A stretch of DNA of 64,000 nt from Octopus vulgaris (lineage: Eukaryota): positions 78,492,001-78,556,000 of the forward strand of contig OX597823.1 of assembly GCA_951406725.2 (NCBI GenBank). Reading direction: 5' to 3'. A model generated the notes under the pieces. That model worked only from the letters and a program-made list of their open reading frames with translations. It had not been told where the DNA came from and ran no database searches. Below are positions 12,169-26,033 of the stretch, piece by piece. Every line of letters starts with the position of its first letter. Position 1 is the first letter of the stretch. The translations under genes and the position numbers were made by a program.

Positions 12169-12318
12169 ACATACATATATATATATATATAGGAAAATGT
12201 GCTGTTGAAAATGCACTTAAATTTCAAAAGCTTGTAAATGTTTAAAATACATTTATTTACATATATACCATACTAGCTTCAACAATATTTTTTGTTTATC
12301 AATGGTGAAATATATATG

Positions 12319-12465
<147 letters not shown>

Positions 12466-12706
12466 ATATATACATATATATATACACACACACACACATA
12501 TACACACACTCATATATATTTAACAGCTTTCTTTCAGTTTTCATTAATAAAATCCATTCCTGAGGCATTTATCAAGCAAAAGCTATAGTAGAAGACACAT
12601 GGCCCAAGGTGTCATGCAGTGGGCCTGAATCCAAAAGCACAGGATTGGGAAATGAACTTGTTAACCTCACAGCCATGCCTGCATGCAAACATACACCCTC
12701 ACATGC

Positions 12707-12741
<35 letters not shown>

Positions 12742-13319
12742 GTACATATATCTGAAATCAATATAAATAAACTGCTACACATTCTATATAAAAGTACACC
12801 ATTTTCTTTCTATAAATTGTCTAGAAATGTTTACACTAAGATTACTTTTTCATATTACAATATGTTGCAAAATACGAAATTCTCATGAGTATTTTTACTT
12901 TAATGAATTATTTTATTTATGTATCTATTTATTTTTCATATTTTTATTCAGACACCAAAATGGCATCAATTATTAGTATCATCTGTTTCTTCTTATTAAA
13001 CTAGTATATACTATCTCATTTTTCTATCCCTGCATCTTTTGTTATGCATAAAAGCAGCATGAAGCATATATCTGCTGTTCAGCTGACTTACGCATATAAA
13101 ACATATGTGGACAGTTGTAGCATTTGCTTATTCTGAACAAAATTAATTTCAGCAGTGTTTTCACAAATGATACAGTCTTTCTTGTAGTTATGTCTATTAT
13201 TACGAAAAAGAAGACTTTTGAAGATTTATTGCATTATAGAAAATGAGTTAATAATGACAACATCTAAAACCAAAAATTATATGAAGGATATAAATTTACA
13301 ATTCTTTTGGCTAAAAGTG

Positions 13320-13830
13320 GTCCTGGCCATGTCTAATTTGCTATTATATAGCACTGTATTATAGAATCTTTTAAGCCATTTTAAAGTCAAGTTTTGTGAT
13401 GTCATGGCCCAATTACTTTGAGAGATGTTGACTGAGATGAATCCAGATGTAGAGGGATTTATCTAGTGGCCCTTCAAAAAAAAAATTGTCCAGATATCAT
13501 TTGAACGTGATGGGGTCTTTTTCTTTGATTTATTTTGGAATAATGTTAAATAGAGCAATGCCTTTTGAGGGATATAAACTGTGTTGTGATGAGGTTAAGT
13601 ATTGGGAGCCTGAATAGTATGGCACAGGGTCCCAACCTTGGATGGATTCTTAATGTGATGTTAAGGCCTTTTGGGCAACGTTGGTGTTACATTCTCCACA
13701 TTGTACAGATGTTGTGGTGCTCATTACAATGTCGATGAGAATAATTTCAACGTTTTAAAGTAGTCCTATAATGGAGATGATTCATGGTAGCAGTTGAATA
13801 TAGCAATAAACAATGCCTTAGTTAAACATT
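13320..13830 (-). mobile_element. Degraded CR1-clade LINE 3' fragment
   Basis: Minus-strand remnants CPKGLNITLRIHPRLGPCA...SKGIALFNIIPK*IKEKDPITFK*YLDNF fit the CR1 ORF2 C-terminal pattern. Confidence 0.65.
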
Positions 13831-14101
13831 CTATTGAAACTTGATAATATGGATTAGTAGATTAGTAGATTTATCACTCTTTCTTTGAGATTTACATTTC
13901 TAATATTCTCCATAATTCCAACACACTGAGTGGTCATCTTTACCAGACAGCTATCTTCAATTCTGAAGATCTAGGGGCTCACTGGACTTGCAAGAAATAA
14001 AAGCCAAATCTCCTTCAAATCATAATCTAATGTTTTAGAAGGAGAGATACATTGGATAATATTGTCCTGGATAATCTGTGAAAAAGTTCTTAAAACCTAC
14101 C

Positions 14102-14481
14102 ATAGGTGCAAGCACAGCTGTATGGTCAAGAAGCTTGCTTTGAACCTCATTGTCCTGGGTTCAGTTCCACCGTACAGCACTTGGGCAAATGTTTTCTACA
14201 ATAGCCTTGGGCTGACCAATGCCTTGTGAGTGAATTTCATAGATAGAAACTACATGGAAGCCTGTAGAATTCGAGTGTGTGTGTGTGTGTTCTAATACTG
14301 TATGACAAGCAGTGTTGGTTTGTTTACATTCCTGTAACTTTGCAGTTTGCTAAATGCGATTGACAGATAGAATATGTAACAGACTTAAAACAGAAAACTT
14401 TGGAGGAGTTAATTTGTTCGATTAAACCCTTCACGGTTGTGCTCCAACACAGCCTGAGCCCAGTGACTGAAACAAGTTAAA
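14102..14481 (+). mobile_element. SINE family A, older diverged copy
   Basis: A/B boxes, CORE-like body, (TG)n middle and gactgaaacaag tail. Confidence 0.8.
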
Positions 14482-14484
14482 AGC

Positions 14485-14530
<46 letters not shown>

Positions 14531-14591
14531 TACATACATATATACACACACATACATATATATAGTTATATATATATATACATATACATAC

Positions 14592-14624
<33 letters not shown>

Positions 14625-14904
14625 ACAGCATACTGGGAGAAAGGAAAGAAACGAAACGAAATGACGCGAGGGCGCTCAGTCATACAATAATGTAATAAAT
14701 AAAATATATGCATACATACATATATGTACGTACCTACATCTACATGTATATATACATGCATATATGAATATATATATGTGAGTACAGGACACCACAAATA
14801 GACGTAGAACTCAACGAGAAACGAAAACATAAAAACAAGGGAACAGACTTTTTTTTAACAACGAAAAAACAGAACACAGGACAAACAACACAAGGAACAT
14901 TCCC

Positions 14905-15147
14905 CAGGGCACATAAACACACCAGCATCGGTTGTCAAGCAATGGTAGTGGGACAATCACAGACACATAAACACGCACACACACATAAGTATATATAAAT
15001 CCTTAAATCCTTAAAAATGTTTCAGTCAACTAAATCCACCCACAAGACTGTCCAACACAAGGTTATAGTAGAAGTCACTTGGTGCCATGCAGTGGGACTG
15101 AACCCAAAATCATGGGGTTAGGAAGCAAGCTTCTTACCACACAGCCA
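14905..15147 (-). mobile_element. SINE family A, partial
   Basis: aacacaccagcatcggttgtcaagc...gcagtgggactgaacc...ttaccacacagcc. Confidence 0.8.
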
Positions 15148-15499
15148 TATATATAATGTAGTTCTACATTTCCTGAAAAGATTGAAATGGTCATGAATAG
15201 AATGCCTCTCAGAATTCTTTTCAATCAGGGACAAAACAACAAGTGCCCCTTCATTCACAAATGCTTTTTTTTTTCCAAGTATGAAAAAAACAAAATGATA
15301 TCTTATCTGAAGCAGTAGTCATGAAATATTTCAAGTATTTCTATTTTGCAACAATTTTATCTGTGCAAACACATCTTCCTCAACATCATCTGATAACAAA
15401 ATGATTATATGATAACACATACCAATAATGAAAACACAAAATATACTCATCTCCAGATAAAGATAGAACAATGTTTCTATTTGTCCATGTTAATAACTT

Positions 15500-16210
15500 T
15501 GCCTGTCTTCTCAAAAACCTAAATACAATAAGAAAGTTTTCTGAACAACTGATTCTTTTCAGAATGCACTGTTCTTTATTCTGTTGGATAATATTTATCA
15601 GCCATTTTCTTTCTGAATGATATCCCTAATATAGCAGTAGTAGACAGCTGCAAGTTGTGCTGAAACAACGTGACAGATTGTGTTGTATCAGTGTGAGAGA
15701 AAAAGATTTAAATCCTAACAGACAGTTATTTCTCTATGCTCTTCTGTCCATTATCATTTATGAAGAGATATTAGGAAAGTGCTGCAGGAGCATTTCAAAG
15801 ATTCAATGACCTTTGCTTCAGGTTTCTAACCAAAGACTTCCACCTGCCATTAGGCATCTGAATGTAATGTTTTCTTCCTATTGTATTCTTACAGCAACAC
15901 TTTTGACCAAATTAATAGGGTGCCAACCTATTAATAGAAGCGTTGTCAGTTCATATCCTGTTCGCAGCACTGCAATGTGTTAGCAGTTAAGATACTTAAC
16001 TCCTGCAAACACAATGCATCAGACTGTATGTAAATAGACGTCATTTAATCTATAAGCTGTGGGAACATTGTATAGCAAATTCACAAGTGTTTCATTTACT
16101 TGCAATGCTAAGTTCAATTTCCTCTTTGGGAAAGTCATTTTCTAGAAGCCGGTGGAGTCAGGCACTGATTGATCAGTACATCTTCTGATTCATGTCATCA
16201 GATAAATGAG
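15500..16210 (-). mobile_element. Highly degraded LINE RT C-terminal region, probably RTE clade
   Basis: Ordered minus-strand remnants SDDM, VKYLN, FEMLLQHFPNIS, AILG, RKWLINI resemble ADD...KYLG...FEM..LR..L.ISW...ILQG...RWLDNI; many stops and frameshifts. Confidence 0.4.
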
Positions 16211-16411
16211 TAACAACAAACATCATCATAGCTATATGCGGTTAAGAAATTTACTTCACAGCTATATGGTTCCAGGTTCGATCTGCCCTGGGTTAGTGCC
16301 TTCTAATTTATCCTTGGGTACACCAATATCTTAAGTAGAACTTGGTTGGTGGAAAGAGCAGAAGGCTGTTATGTGTGTGTGTGTGGGGGGGGGGGTGCAT
16401 GTATTTACATA

Positions 16412-16570
16412 TATCATCATCATCATCATCATTCAGTGTCTATTTTCCATGCTGGCATGGATTAGACAGCTTAACTGGAACTGATAAGCCAGAGAACTCT
16501 ACCAGGCTCCAGTCCAATTTTGGTTTGTTTTCTACAGCTGGATGCCCTTCCTAACACCAGCCACTCCAAG
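16412..16570 (-). mobile_element. RTE-type 3' tail (family C), short
   Basis: (ATC)n...ttccatgctggcatgg...tctacagctggatgcccttcctaac. Confidence 0.75.
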
Positions 16571-16576
16571 TGTGTA

Positions 16577-16627
<51 letters not shown>

Positions 16628-16805
16628 ATATTACAGAGATGTACTTGCATAGCAAGTGACTTGATCTGAGATCATGTGCTGAAACAAAAACAATTACAGC
16701 ATGGTGTTTATAAGCCATTTAAAAACACAAAAAAACCCCATTAGATTCACTTCAACATTTAAATTTAATTTGTCAAAATATTTTCGTCACTTTGAAACCG
16801 TAACC

Positions 16806-16838
<33 letters not shown>

Positions 16839-17012
16839 ACCATGACCTGTTATATATATATATATATATATATATAACCACTCCAAGAGCATATATATAT
16901 ATATCAAAGGTTGTTTGTTATGGCTGGTCAGAGAGTGGCCTTTGTTTGCACACCTACATAGCACTTAGCTGTATAGGCAACTCATCAGTCTCAAATCAAT
17001 ATACACATATGT

Positions 17013-17409
17013 ATCTTTTACTCATGTCAGTCATTGAACTGCAGCCATGCTGGGGCACTGCCTTGGAGGGTTTAGCTGAACAATCCAACCCCATTACTCA
17101 TTTGCATGTCTCCTACATATTCTATTGATATCTTTCGCCAAACTGTTAAGTTTCAGGGAAGTAAACAAACAAATACTGGTTCTCTAGTGGTGGTGATGGC
17201 GGAGAGATGTAACGGGGGTGGGGAACAAACATAAATACATACGCATGACAGGCTACCACTCAGTTTCCATCTACCAAATTCACTCACAGAGCATTATTCT
17301 GCTCAAGGCCATAGGAGAAAATGCTTGCCCAATGTACTGCACAGTGGGACTGAAACTGTGACTACAGGGTTGCAAAGTAAGCTTCTTAACCACACAGCCA
17401 TGCCTGTGC

Positions 17410-17456
<47 letters not shown>

Positions 17457-17910
17457 TACTTGTATGATACTCTTTTTACCCTTTTATTCTTTTACTTGCT
17501 TCAGTCATTTGACTGCGGCCGTGCTGGAGCACTACCTTTAGTCGAGCAAATTGACCCCAGGACTTATTCTTTGTAAGCCTAGTATTTATTCTATCGGCCA
17601 CTTTTGCCAAACTGCTAAGTTACAGGGATGTAAACACACTATCATCAGTTGTCAAGCAATGTTGGGGGTACAAACACAAACACATACACACATACACACA
17701 TACACACACACACACTCACATATATATATATATATATATACACATATATATGACGGGCTTCTTTCAGTTTCTGTCTACCAAATCCACTCACAAGGCTTTG
17801 GTTGGCCTGAGGCTATAGTAGAAGACACTTGCCCAAGTTGCCATGCAGTGAGACTGAACCCGGAACCATGTGGTTGGTAAGCAGGCTACTTACCACACAG
17901 CCATTCCTGC
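17013..17910 (-). mobile_element. Two tandem SINE family A copies (older 17013-17411; younger 17470-17910)
   Basis: Both show tail, internal microsatellite and tRNA head on the minus strand. Confidence 0.85.
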
Positions 17911-18491
17911 CGCTAATGATGTATATATTCAATATTCATGGCAGTCTAAAAAGCTATGTTGTTTATGATGTCAAGTCCCCCTTTATGTAAATTAATGCTT
18001 TGACATATAGAGATCAGTAAAATAACTATGGGACCGAAATAAGTTCTGAGTTCAACAGGTGAGACTGACCCCTTGATGGCTGCAGTCCAATGATTGAAAC
18101 GAGTAACACAAGGAAAGAATCTAGCGAGCTCCTGTGTTAAAGATTATGTAAAGAAAATAGGTTCTAATATTACTTTTATATTCTTCTAATTTGTCATACT
18201 TTGAACTTTAGAAATTAAGTTTATTTTTTATTTTTTGTTGTATATTCCCCTCACATGCACTCACATAAACATGCGTATGTGTGCGTGCACACACAGTGCT
18301 AATGTCTTATGAAGACATGAACTTGACATGGTCTCATTTTGTTTCCCTTTTAAATCTCAGGCCTTATTAGCATGTGTGTATGTATGTGTGGGTATGTGGG
18401 TGTAAGAGAGGTAGAGAAAGAGAAGCAGAGATAGATAGATAGATAGATGGATGGATGGATACATAGATACATACATACATACATACATACA

Positions 18492-18524
<33 letters not shown>

Positions 18525-18552
18525 GCATAAATGCATACATACATACAAAGGA

Positions 18553-18598
<46 letters not shown>

Positions 18599-18846
18599 TA
18601 ATTATGATAGATAATATCAAACTTTTACGTAAGATATGAAACAGTAAAATGGAAGTGAAATAAGGTTATAAAAAGTAAAAAAAGCCATGATACAACAAAT
18701 GGTATTTTCCTTGAGAGAAAGCAAAGGAATTAAAGAAAAAGAAGGTAAGAAAGAAAAAAAATAAAACAGGATTTGAACTTGACAAGCATTAATAGCATGA
18801 GCAATTTTGATGAAGATAGAGAAATATATTTCATTAACAGCAATAA

Positions 18847-18878
<32 letters not shown>

Positions 18879-20074
18879 GGACGATGATGATGATGAAAAA
18901 AAGTACCTAATATGTGTTAACTCTAAAGCAGACAAACATCTTGGGTGTCAAAATTCTAGTATTTTTTTTGGTTTTTTTTTTTTTTACCTTTTACGTTTCC
19001 TCATCCTATTTATCTTCATGTGCTTGTCTCCTTCAGGCAACGTCTGCATTTTAAGATTGTTTATAATTTGAGTTCTATGAAATTTACTTTCCTTCCCGCC
19101 CACCCACCCCACCCCCACCTCCAATCTCCTTATTCACAATCCCCTCCACTTAATACTATCTCAATTTGTAATTGCCTTCGAAACTGTTGCCATCCCCGTT
19201 TTTTTAAATATTTTTCTTCATCTGTATTCTCCTTTTATTCACGATAATAATACATACTTTTTTTTATTTTCATCGTCACTTCTCCTTTCCACATTTTTCC
19301 AGTTCTATTATTTCCTTCAACATCATCACTGCTATCATGTTACCATCTTCTTCGTTCTTCATCTATTATGGCAATTTTACTTTTGAATTTTCAATGTGCG
19401 GTGAAAGCCAAATCTATGATCTAGTTTCTAAACATATACACGGTTGGACAAGTTTCTCTTTATCTACATTGTTAATATGGAATTTAAGAAAAGCCATGAA
19501 CGTTACAGCCTCTCTACTATTTTCCCTCCTCCTGAAATTGTAGGCAGGAAGCCTATAAATTCAGCTTGGTTGAAATTTTGGAGAGAGATTGAGTTCACCA
19601 GACTGACTTCTTTGTCACAATCAATGAAGATGAAAACTTTCTATAGTGACCTGCTGATAGATATGTTACTTAATATTGATTTTAATTAACATAGGATGGA
19701 GTAGTGAGATGACAGAAGTGATTGAACACTAGATTAAATATCTTGTCATCTATATCTATATTTTCATCCATCTACATTCCATAATCAAATTTTACCAATA
19801 TCAACTCAAATCAACTAGAGAAGCTGCACAATCAGTCAACCAGTTGGAAATAATAGCCAAATTCCAAAATAATATCGCTATAGTATCTACAAATTAGAAG
19901 GCCATACTGGATATTGTAATATGAGTGTATAAAAAAAAAGATGGGAAGGTCTTTGTTAGGAGAGCTTTTATTAAATTATATATTTGCTTAATCAAAGATA
20001 TTTGCCCAATGTACAACACTGTAGAGCTAAGCAAATTCGTAGGTTTCCATGCATCCACGCATGTCCTCAGTCGA

Positions 20075-20337
20075 GAGATCCTAGTCTTGCAGGCCCGTGG
20101 GTACTGATGCCATGCAAAAGCACCCATGCCAGTGATGCATAAAAGGACTTGTGCCAATGCCTTGTGATGGCACCCAGAACACTCTGTAAAGTGATTGGCA
20201 TTAGGGAGGGCATCCATTCATAGAAATCATGCCAAAATAGACAAATGGAGCTCAAACAGCGCTCCAGCTGGCCAACTCCCATCAAACCATCCAAACATGC
20301 CAGCATGGAGAACGGACATTAAAAGATGATGATGATA
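20075..20337 (+). mobile_element. RTE-type 3' tail (family C), diverged
   Basis: gtgattggcattagggagggcatcc...catgccagcatggagaacggacattaaaagatgatgatga. Confidence 0.7.
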
Positions 20338-20694
20338 ATATGGAGCTGTCTGTGTGTGTGTTCCCAATTCTTCCCACAAAGTATTAGTCAATCAAAGGCT
20401 ATAGTCAAAATCCCTTGACCAAGGTCGCATGCTTTGAGAGATCAAACCTATAACCATGTGGCTGCAACAAACATGTGGCTCTAACAAACATGTGGCTGTG
20501 ACAAGCAACTCATCTTTATTTTTGTCTATTTTAGGAGAAAGATCTTGAAAAATATTTAGTATAGACTAAATCAAGGTTTATACCACTGAAAGGGAGACAA
20601 TATCTATCCTTTTATAATTTTTATACAAAATCTGTAACAACAGTATTTAGATCTGTAAGAAATTCAATACTTTTCAATAGTGCTTATCATATTG

Positions 20695-20900
20695 TTGATG
20701 TTTAGGTTTCGGTCAATCCTGATGAGACAAACTTATGATCAAAGCCATACCAGCCATGACTATCCAATCTTGTTTGCAGAAATTGCATAGATTGGACTAC
20801 ATTATCCAATGCATCTTCCTAATTTTACCTTAAGATGATAGAGTAGGGTATCAAGGAGATTTTGCTGCACTTTCAAGCAGATCAAGCAACCTTGTAGGTG
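20695..20900 (-). mobile_element. Dispersed repeat family E (probable SINE 3' part with (CAA)n tail); related pieces near 1600, 3722, 7040, 7330, 13985, 19830, 22360, 34325, 50140
   Basis: Recurrent motifs tgctagaaatagcagccaaatctcc...cattggataat...tttgatcataggtctgc...aacaacaac, in both orientations. Confidence 0.6.
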
Positions 20901-22812
20901 ACTCCCACATTGACTCATGTATTTAATATGTATACAAGAATGTGATGGTGTGACAGAAATGGCACAGTATCAAACTCTCATTCATTTCTATTCTTTCATG
21001 TTAAGAGTTTAGCTTCAATTTTGATCTTTACAAGGTCAATAATGAGAGTGTTAAACTGCACAGTTCTTTTTTCATTAATGAAACTTATATTTCTCAACCC
21101 CATTTAAGAACTATCCATATTCACAGTTAGAATAAACTTTGCTGATGAGGTTTAATAAGGCACAAATATGTCTGGAGTTCTCACTACACTGCTGAAGATA
21201 AAACACATAAAAATTTCAAAGTTTTCTTTCCTGCCTTCTTTAGACAAGTTATTTTTTTTTAGTAATATAGTTAATGATTGTTCTCATTAATAAGGTTGTA
21301 ATTTTAATTAATTAAAATTTCTTGGCCAACTACCTCAAGTGTGCTAGTGTCTGCTTTACTGTTATGAGTATTAGTCATGTACTGTGATAGATTCAGTCAA
21401 TTATATTCTGCCCCTAAAAATTTCTGGCTCACTGCTAATCTAAGATATCAATATTTAATACGAATGTATGTAGTACAATATTCTGTTTCTTGATCGTTTA
21501 CTTCGAATTCTTTAATGTATGCATTCGTTTCTTCCTAGCTACATTACTATTCAGACATATTTCTGCATTTTCTTGTCGATGCCAAAACATCCATACATAA
21601 AGCAGCAAATGTATTCTTGGAAATTAATGTCGTCAATTAGTTTTGAAATAAATTCCTGTAAAATTCACTTTTCATTAATTATGCAAATAATTTAGTAGAA
21701 ATCTCGCATTAAATTTTTTTTTTTTCTCTCTCCTTTTTATCTCAGAATATGCCAGCTGCTGTTTCATAAATGCTTTTAAAAATATCAAGTTAAATTCTAG
21801 GAAGAAAATTAAAGAAAATTCTAAATAGAAAAATGTTAAAATCGTTTTCTGTCCTCTTATAGCAATAATTACATTATTTCTGTCATTTTATTACTTTTAT
21901 CATGAAGAAAATTTTAGGATATAAGCAGACTGTCTTACATGGTTCTTCATAGATTAGTAGAGCTACAAAGCAGTATCAATTCTTGGAGAAATACACATCA
22001 AAAATGCTCCGCTCCACACAGAAACTGCAGGAGCTAATCAGAAGTATAGTAAGCTTTCCTGGTGAATCCATCACAATGACAGAAATTCTGCTTTATCAAC
22101 AGATGTCTCAAGGTCAACCCCTTAGCCTGTATGCTTTACCCGAGGAAAGGTTCCACCTGCAATCTCTTCTCCACCTTGAGCTGATGTTAGCTGCCATGCC
22201 TATCTCCATGGTACCTTTCTTCAGTTGTCTGAATTCTTGATCAATCTTCTGCAGGAAATAGCATCCAATATATCTGGAAAACCACCTGTATTTGAAATAG
22301 ATGTAAATGACTGTGTCCCTTTAGAGGCCATTAAAGACTAGTGATTAGCACTGGGTTTTATTGTTGTTGCTATTGTTCGTCACCTGATCAGTCCTGATTA
22401 AACCAGCAATTCATCAAAGAAGGTCCAACCATAACAAACCTGACATTTTTTAATACCCTTAGTTAATGGGTGATTTGGAGACAATTTTGTAGTTATTTCT
22501 AACAGGTCAATTGCATACACACATTGTATAAATTAGGTGGAACAAATTTGATTATGCTGAATGTAACTATATAGCCAGAAACACATGTCCTCTTATCTCT
22601 AAACAATAAACCTCTCCTTTTCCTTTATGGCACATCAGTTTTGGTAAATTCTTGACTTTTGAGATTGTCTCCCTTTCTCAAGTGGAGCGCTTAATTGCAA
22701 TTTGGTAATTATAATACATCTTCTAGAGATAGAGATAATTTTAATAAATCAAGAATTTATGTTGCATGGTATTTCAAGTACCTGCATTTCTTTCTCCCTC
22801 TCTCTCTCTCTC

Positions 22813-22890
<78 letters not shown>

Positions 22891-22929
22891 GGCACACACA
22901 TATGTGCTTATTTGTGTATATGTGTGTGT

Positions 22930-22970
<41 letters not shown>

Positions 22971-22994
22971 TGTATGTAGGTATGTATATATATA

Positions 22995-23184
22995 TAGTGC
23001 TGGTGGCATGTAAAAGCATCCATTACAGTCTCAGAGTGGTTGGCATTAAGAAGGGCATGCAGCTATAGAAACCCTGCCAAATCAGCCTGGACTCTGGTGC
23101 AGCCCCTCAACTTACCAGCCCTGGTCAAACCGTCCAACCCATGCCAGCATGGACAATGGATATTAAATGATGATGATGATGATG
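22995..23184 (+). mobile_element. RTE-type 3' tail (family C)
   Basis: One internal unit plus the conserved tail and (GAT)n. Confidence 0.75.
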
Positions 23185-23194
23185 CATGTGTGTG

Positions 23195-23243
<49 letters not shown>

Positions 23244-23269
23244 ATATATAAATATATTCATATTTATAT

Positions 23270-23305
<36 letters not shown>

Positions 23306-23400
23306 TAGAAAGATAGATAAATACAGACAGACAAACAGACAGATAGATACATAGACAGACAGACAGACAGACAGGCAGACAGACAGACAGACAGACAGAC

Positions 23401-23460
<60 letters not shown>

Positions 23461-23983
23461 TAGATTAGTCAGACATACAGACATACAGACACTAGTGAAA
23501 AAGAGCAAAATAACTAATGTTGAAGAAAATTACATATGATGTTGTTTGCATTTCCTTATCCTCTGGTTACGGCTCTTAATGTCCAGCTTAACTTTGCTTT
23601 TCTTCCTCGTAAAGCTGATAAATAAGTAACAGACAAGCCCAATAAACCAAAAGCTTGTCAGGGCATTAATCTCTCATATTAATCTCTACCAAATTTATTA
23701 CAGTATCTGGCAGATAATCAGCTTCTTGCTCTACCTACTTAAGGAGTTAAACTCTATAACAGAAGCAAGTAAATTGGTTCATCAATTCCACAGTTTATCT
23801 CAAGATGTAGGCTTTACTCTCCTTACTTAATGCTAAGGAGCTCAAGTTATTGCCACTTGAATATTACATTTGGCGACTGTAATCCTTCACATCATCTGTG
23901 ACACAATCATCTGCCAACTCTTATTGTTCAATTTATTACAGTTTGACCCTCTGCAATTTATACATATTTATATTAAAGCATGT

Positions 23984-24065
23984 GGAGGCATATGGCCTAT
24001 TGGTTAGGGCAGCGGACTTGCAGTCGAGGGATCGCGGGTTTGAATCACAGACCGGGTGATGTGTG
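23984..24065 (+). mobile_element. tRNA-like head of a truncated SINE (family D related)
   Basis: ggaggcatatggcctattggttagggcagcggacttgcagtcgagggatcgcgggtttgaatc has A/B boxes and an anticodon-arm-like hairpin, is homologous to the head of 31876-32147, and has no acceptor stem. Confidence 0.6.
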
Positions 24066-24597
24066 TGTTTATGTTTAAATGCAACCTGTTTGTAGGAATT
24101 AATAATGTACCAAAATAAGTGCTTCTCTGTATTTAGTGTAACCCTTTTTAGATTCTGAGTTGACTCAGTTCTTTTTATCTATCGAAGATTAATAATGTAA
24201 AATAAGCATTATACTTAATCTGTCACCCAGCTTAATGAGCCTCCACCACCAGATTCAGGAGTGTCTTTATTAGAGTCTGTCTTGTTGCAAATATTCAGAA
24301 CAGGCCTCCAATTTGAGGGTAATGGTCTTGCTTCCTGCTACTAGTTGCAGACCATGAAAAATAGATGCCATTGGTGTGGCCCTTCCTTATCTAAATCATC
24401 TAATAATAGAAATGATAATAAATGTAGGTGCAGATGTGGCTGTGTGGTAAGAATCTTGTTTCTCAACCACATAGTTCCAAGTTCAGTCCTACTGTGTGGC
24501 ACCTCAGGTAACTCCTTCTACATCAGCCTTAAGCTAACCAAAACCTTGTGAGTGGATTTGGTAGATGGAAAATTGAAAGAAGCCAGTCATGCATATA

Positions 24598-24740
24598 CAG
24601 TTGTGGTCAAAAGTTTAGAATATTTCCTTAAAAATTAAAATTGTTATGCCCAATATATGTTCTGGCCAAACTTAACTTTAGGCATTTAATGTTAGAATTC
24701 TAATTATCAGACCTACGTTCCAAACTTTTGGCCATGACTG
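24598..24740. mobile_element. Tc1/mariner-type MITE
   Basis: TA|CAGTTGTGGTCAAAAGTTTAGAA ... TTCCAAACTTTTGGCCATGACTG|TA: inverted termini with TA TSD. Confidence 0.85.
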
Positions 24741-24767
24741 TAATATATAGATAGATATAGACTTATA

Positions 24768-25349
24768 CACAGACATGCAAGAAGTAAATAGACACCTTTA
24801 CTTTTCAAAATCTTTTATTTGATATTAATTGGTTGAAGGACAGGTTTTCTTCTAGCTGCTCATCTATAATACCCAAGTTATGCATATATGTAACACACAT
24901 TCTTGGACTAACTTCTAGCTGTTTTGCAATGTCAGAATCCTTCAAACAGGGTTCGTTTTCCACAATTCTCTTCAAACAGTGAAGCTTCCTTTCCGAGGGC
25001 CCATGTCGGCTGGGATGAGAATCTGATCTGTTGTTTCTTTTCCTTGGCTTTTGAATTGCACTATGATTCTATTAACAGTAGCAAGAGGAATTTGGAGATT
25101 TTCGGCAATTTTTCGCTGGCTAAGACCAGTCTCAGATTGCCCAACAATATGACCTCTTAGAAAATCTGAGAGTTCTGCTGAATTTTTTGTGTATGTCATG
25201 GTTACTCTTCGCAAATGTTTAATATAATGGCACCTGGAATGAAAAAGTATAATTACATTGTAAATTCTACCCTGCTGAAAACATATTAAGATGCTTAGAT
25301 TAGAAATTTTGAAAATTAAATGTGTCTATTTACTTCCTGCATGTCTGTG
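24768..25349 (-). mobile_element. Internally deleted Tc1-like transposon retaining the N-terminal HTH coding remnant (24972-25214)
   Basis: 28-bp TIRs CACAGACATGCAAGAAGTAAATAGACAC / GTGTCTATTTACTTCCTGCATGTCTGTG, TA TSD. The [45 protein letters not shown] is a Tc1 paired-like HTH. Confidence 0.9.
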
Positions 25350-25388
<39 letters not shown>

Positions 25389-25504
25389 TTATAGATATAG
25401 GGTAAAAAAATTATTAATTTATAATTAATAGATTTCACCAAGTAGTTTCAGTATGGAAAGGAACCATATTCGGTAAAAACTTATACAAGAAGTTTTATAT
25501 ATAA

Positions 25505-25903
25505 CCAGCAGTATCGCCCGGCATTGCTCGGGTTTGTAAGGGAAATAACTATATAAGCATTTTTAGAGATGTAAAGTATAATAGCTATCTCAATATGGTT
25601 AACCACAAAAGGGGGGGGGTGTTACTGTAGCTTTTTACGTTCTGAGATATAATAATAAATTTTTAGAGAGTTACTTCCCTTATATATGCCAAAAATGCAT
25701 TAAAAATTGGAAAAATTGATGGTAAATTTTTTTTTAAATCGTAGACTCATCATAGATGCGCGCTAATACCCAGAAGGGCTCAATAGGAATCCCAACTATA
25801 AGATACCCTGTTTTGGTTAAACTGCACCGCAAAATGTGGGAGTAGTTAGGAATCTAAATCGTGGGAGACAGACAGCACACAACCTCACTTTTATATATAA
25901 AGA
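25505..25903 (-). mobile_element. Non-autonomous Helitron
   Basis: Minus strand begins A|TCtttatatataaaag and ends cccgagcaatgccgggcgatactgCTGG|T: 5' TC, subterminal GC hairpin, CTRR end, A/T insertion site, no TSD. Confidence 0.85.
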
Positions 25904-25986
25904 TTATAACAATAATTAAGGGTTTAGCAACAAGTTGCTTAACCACATACCGAAAAATTTAGAAATAGCAGTCAAAAGACTTGTTA

Positions 25987-26019
<33 letters not shown>

Positions 26020-26033
<14 letters not shown>

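Noticed and set aside
20455-20502. Three tandem ~17-bp repeats catgtggct...aacaaa
   Set aside because: Local slippage at the end of a decayed SINE A fragment; no evidence of function.
21714-21800. Strong polypyrimidine/AG acceptor-like sites (also near 12951, 32977, 56245, 56925)
   Set aside because: No open, protein-like frame closed by a plausible GT donor follows; T-rich tracts are ubiquitous here.
23640-23900. Possible RT remnant (YLADNQLLAL...LNAK)
   Set aside because: Too degraded to assign with confidence.
23984-24060. Possible tRNA gene
   Set aside because: No acceptor-stem pairing; homologous to the family D SINE head.
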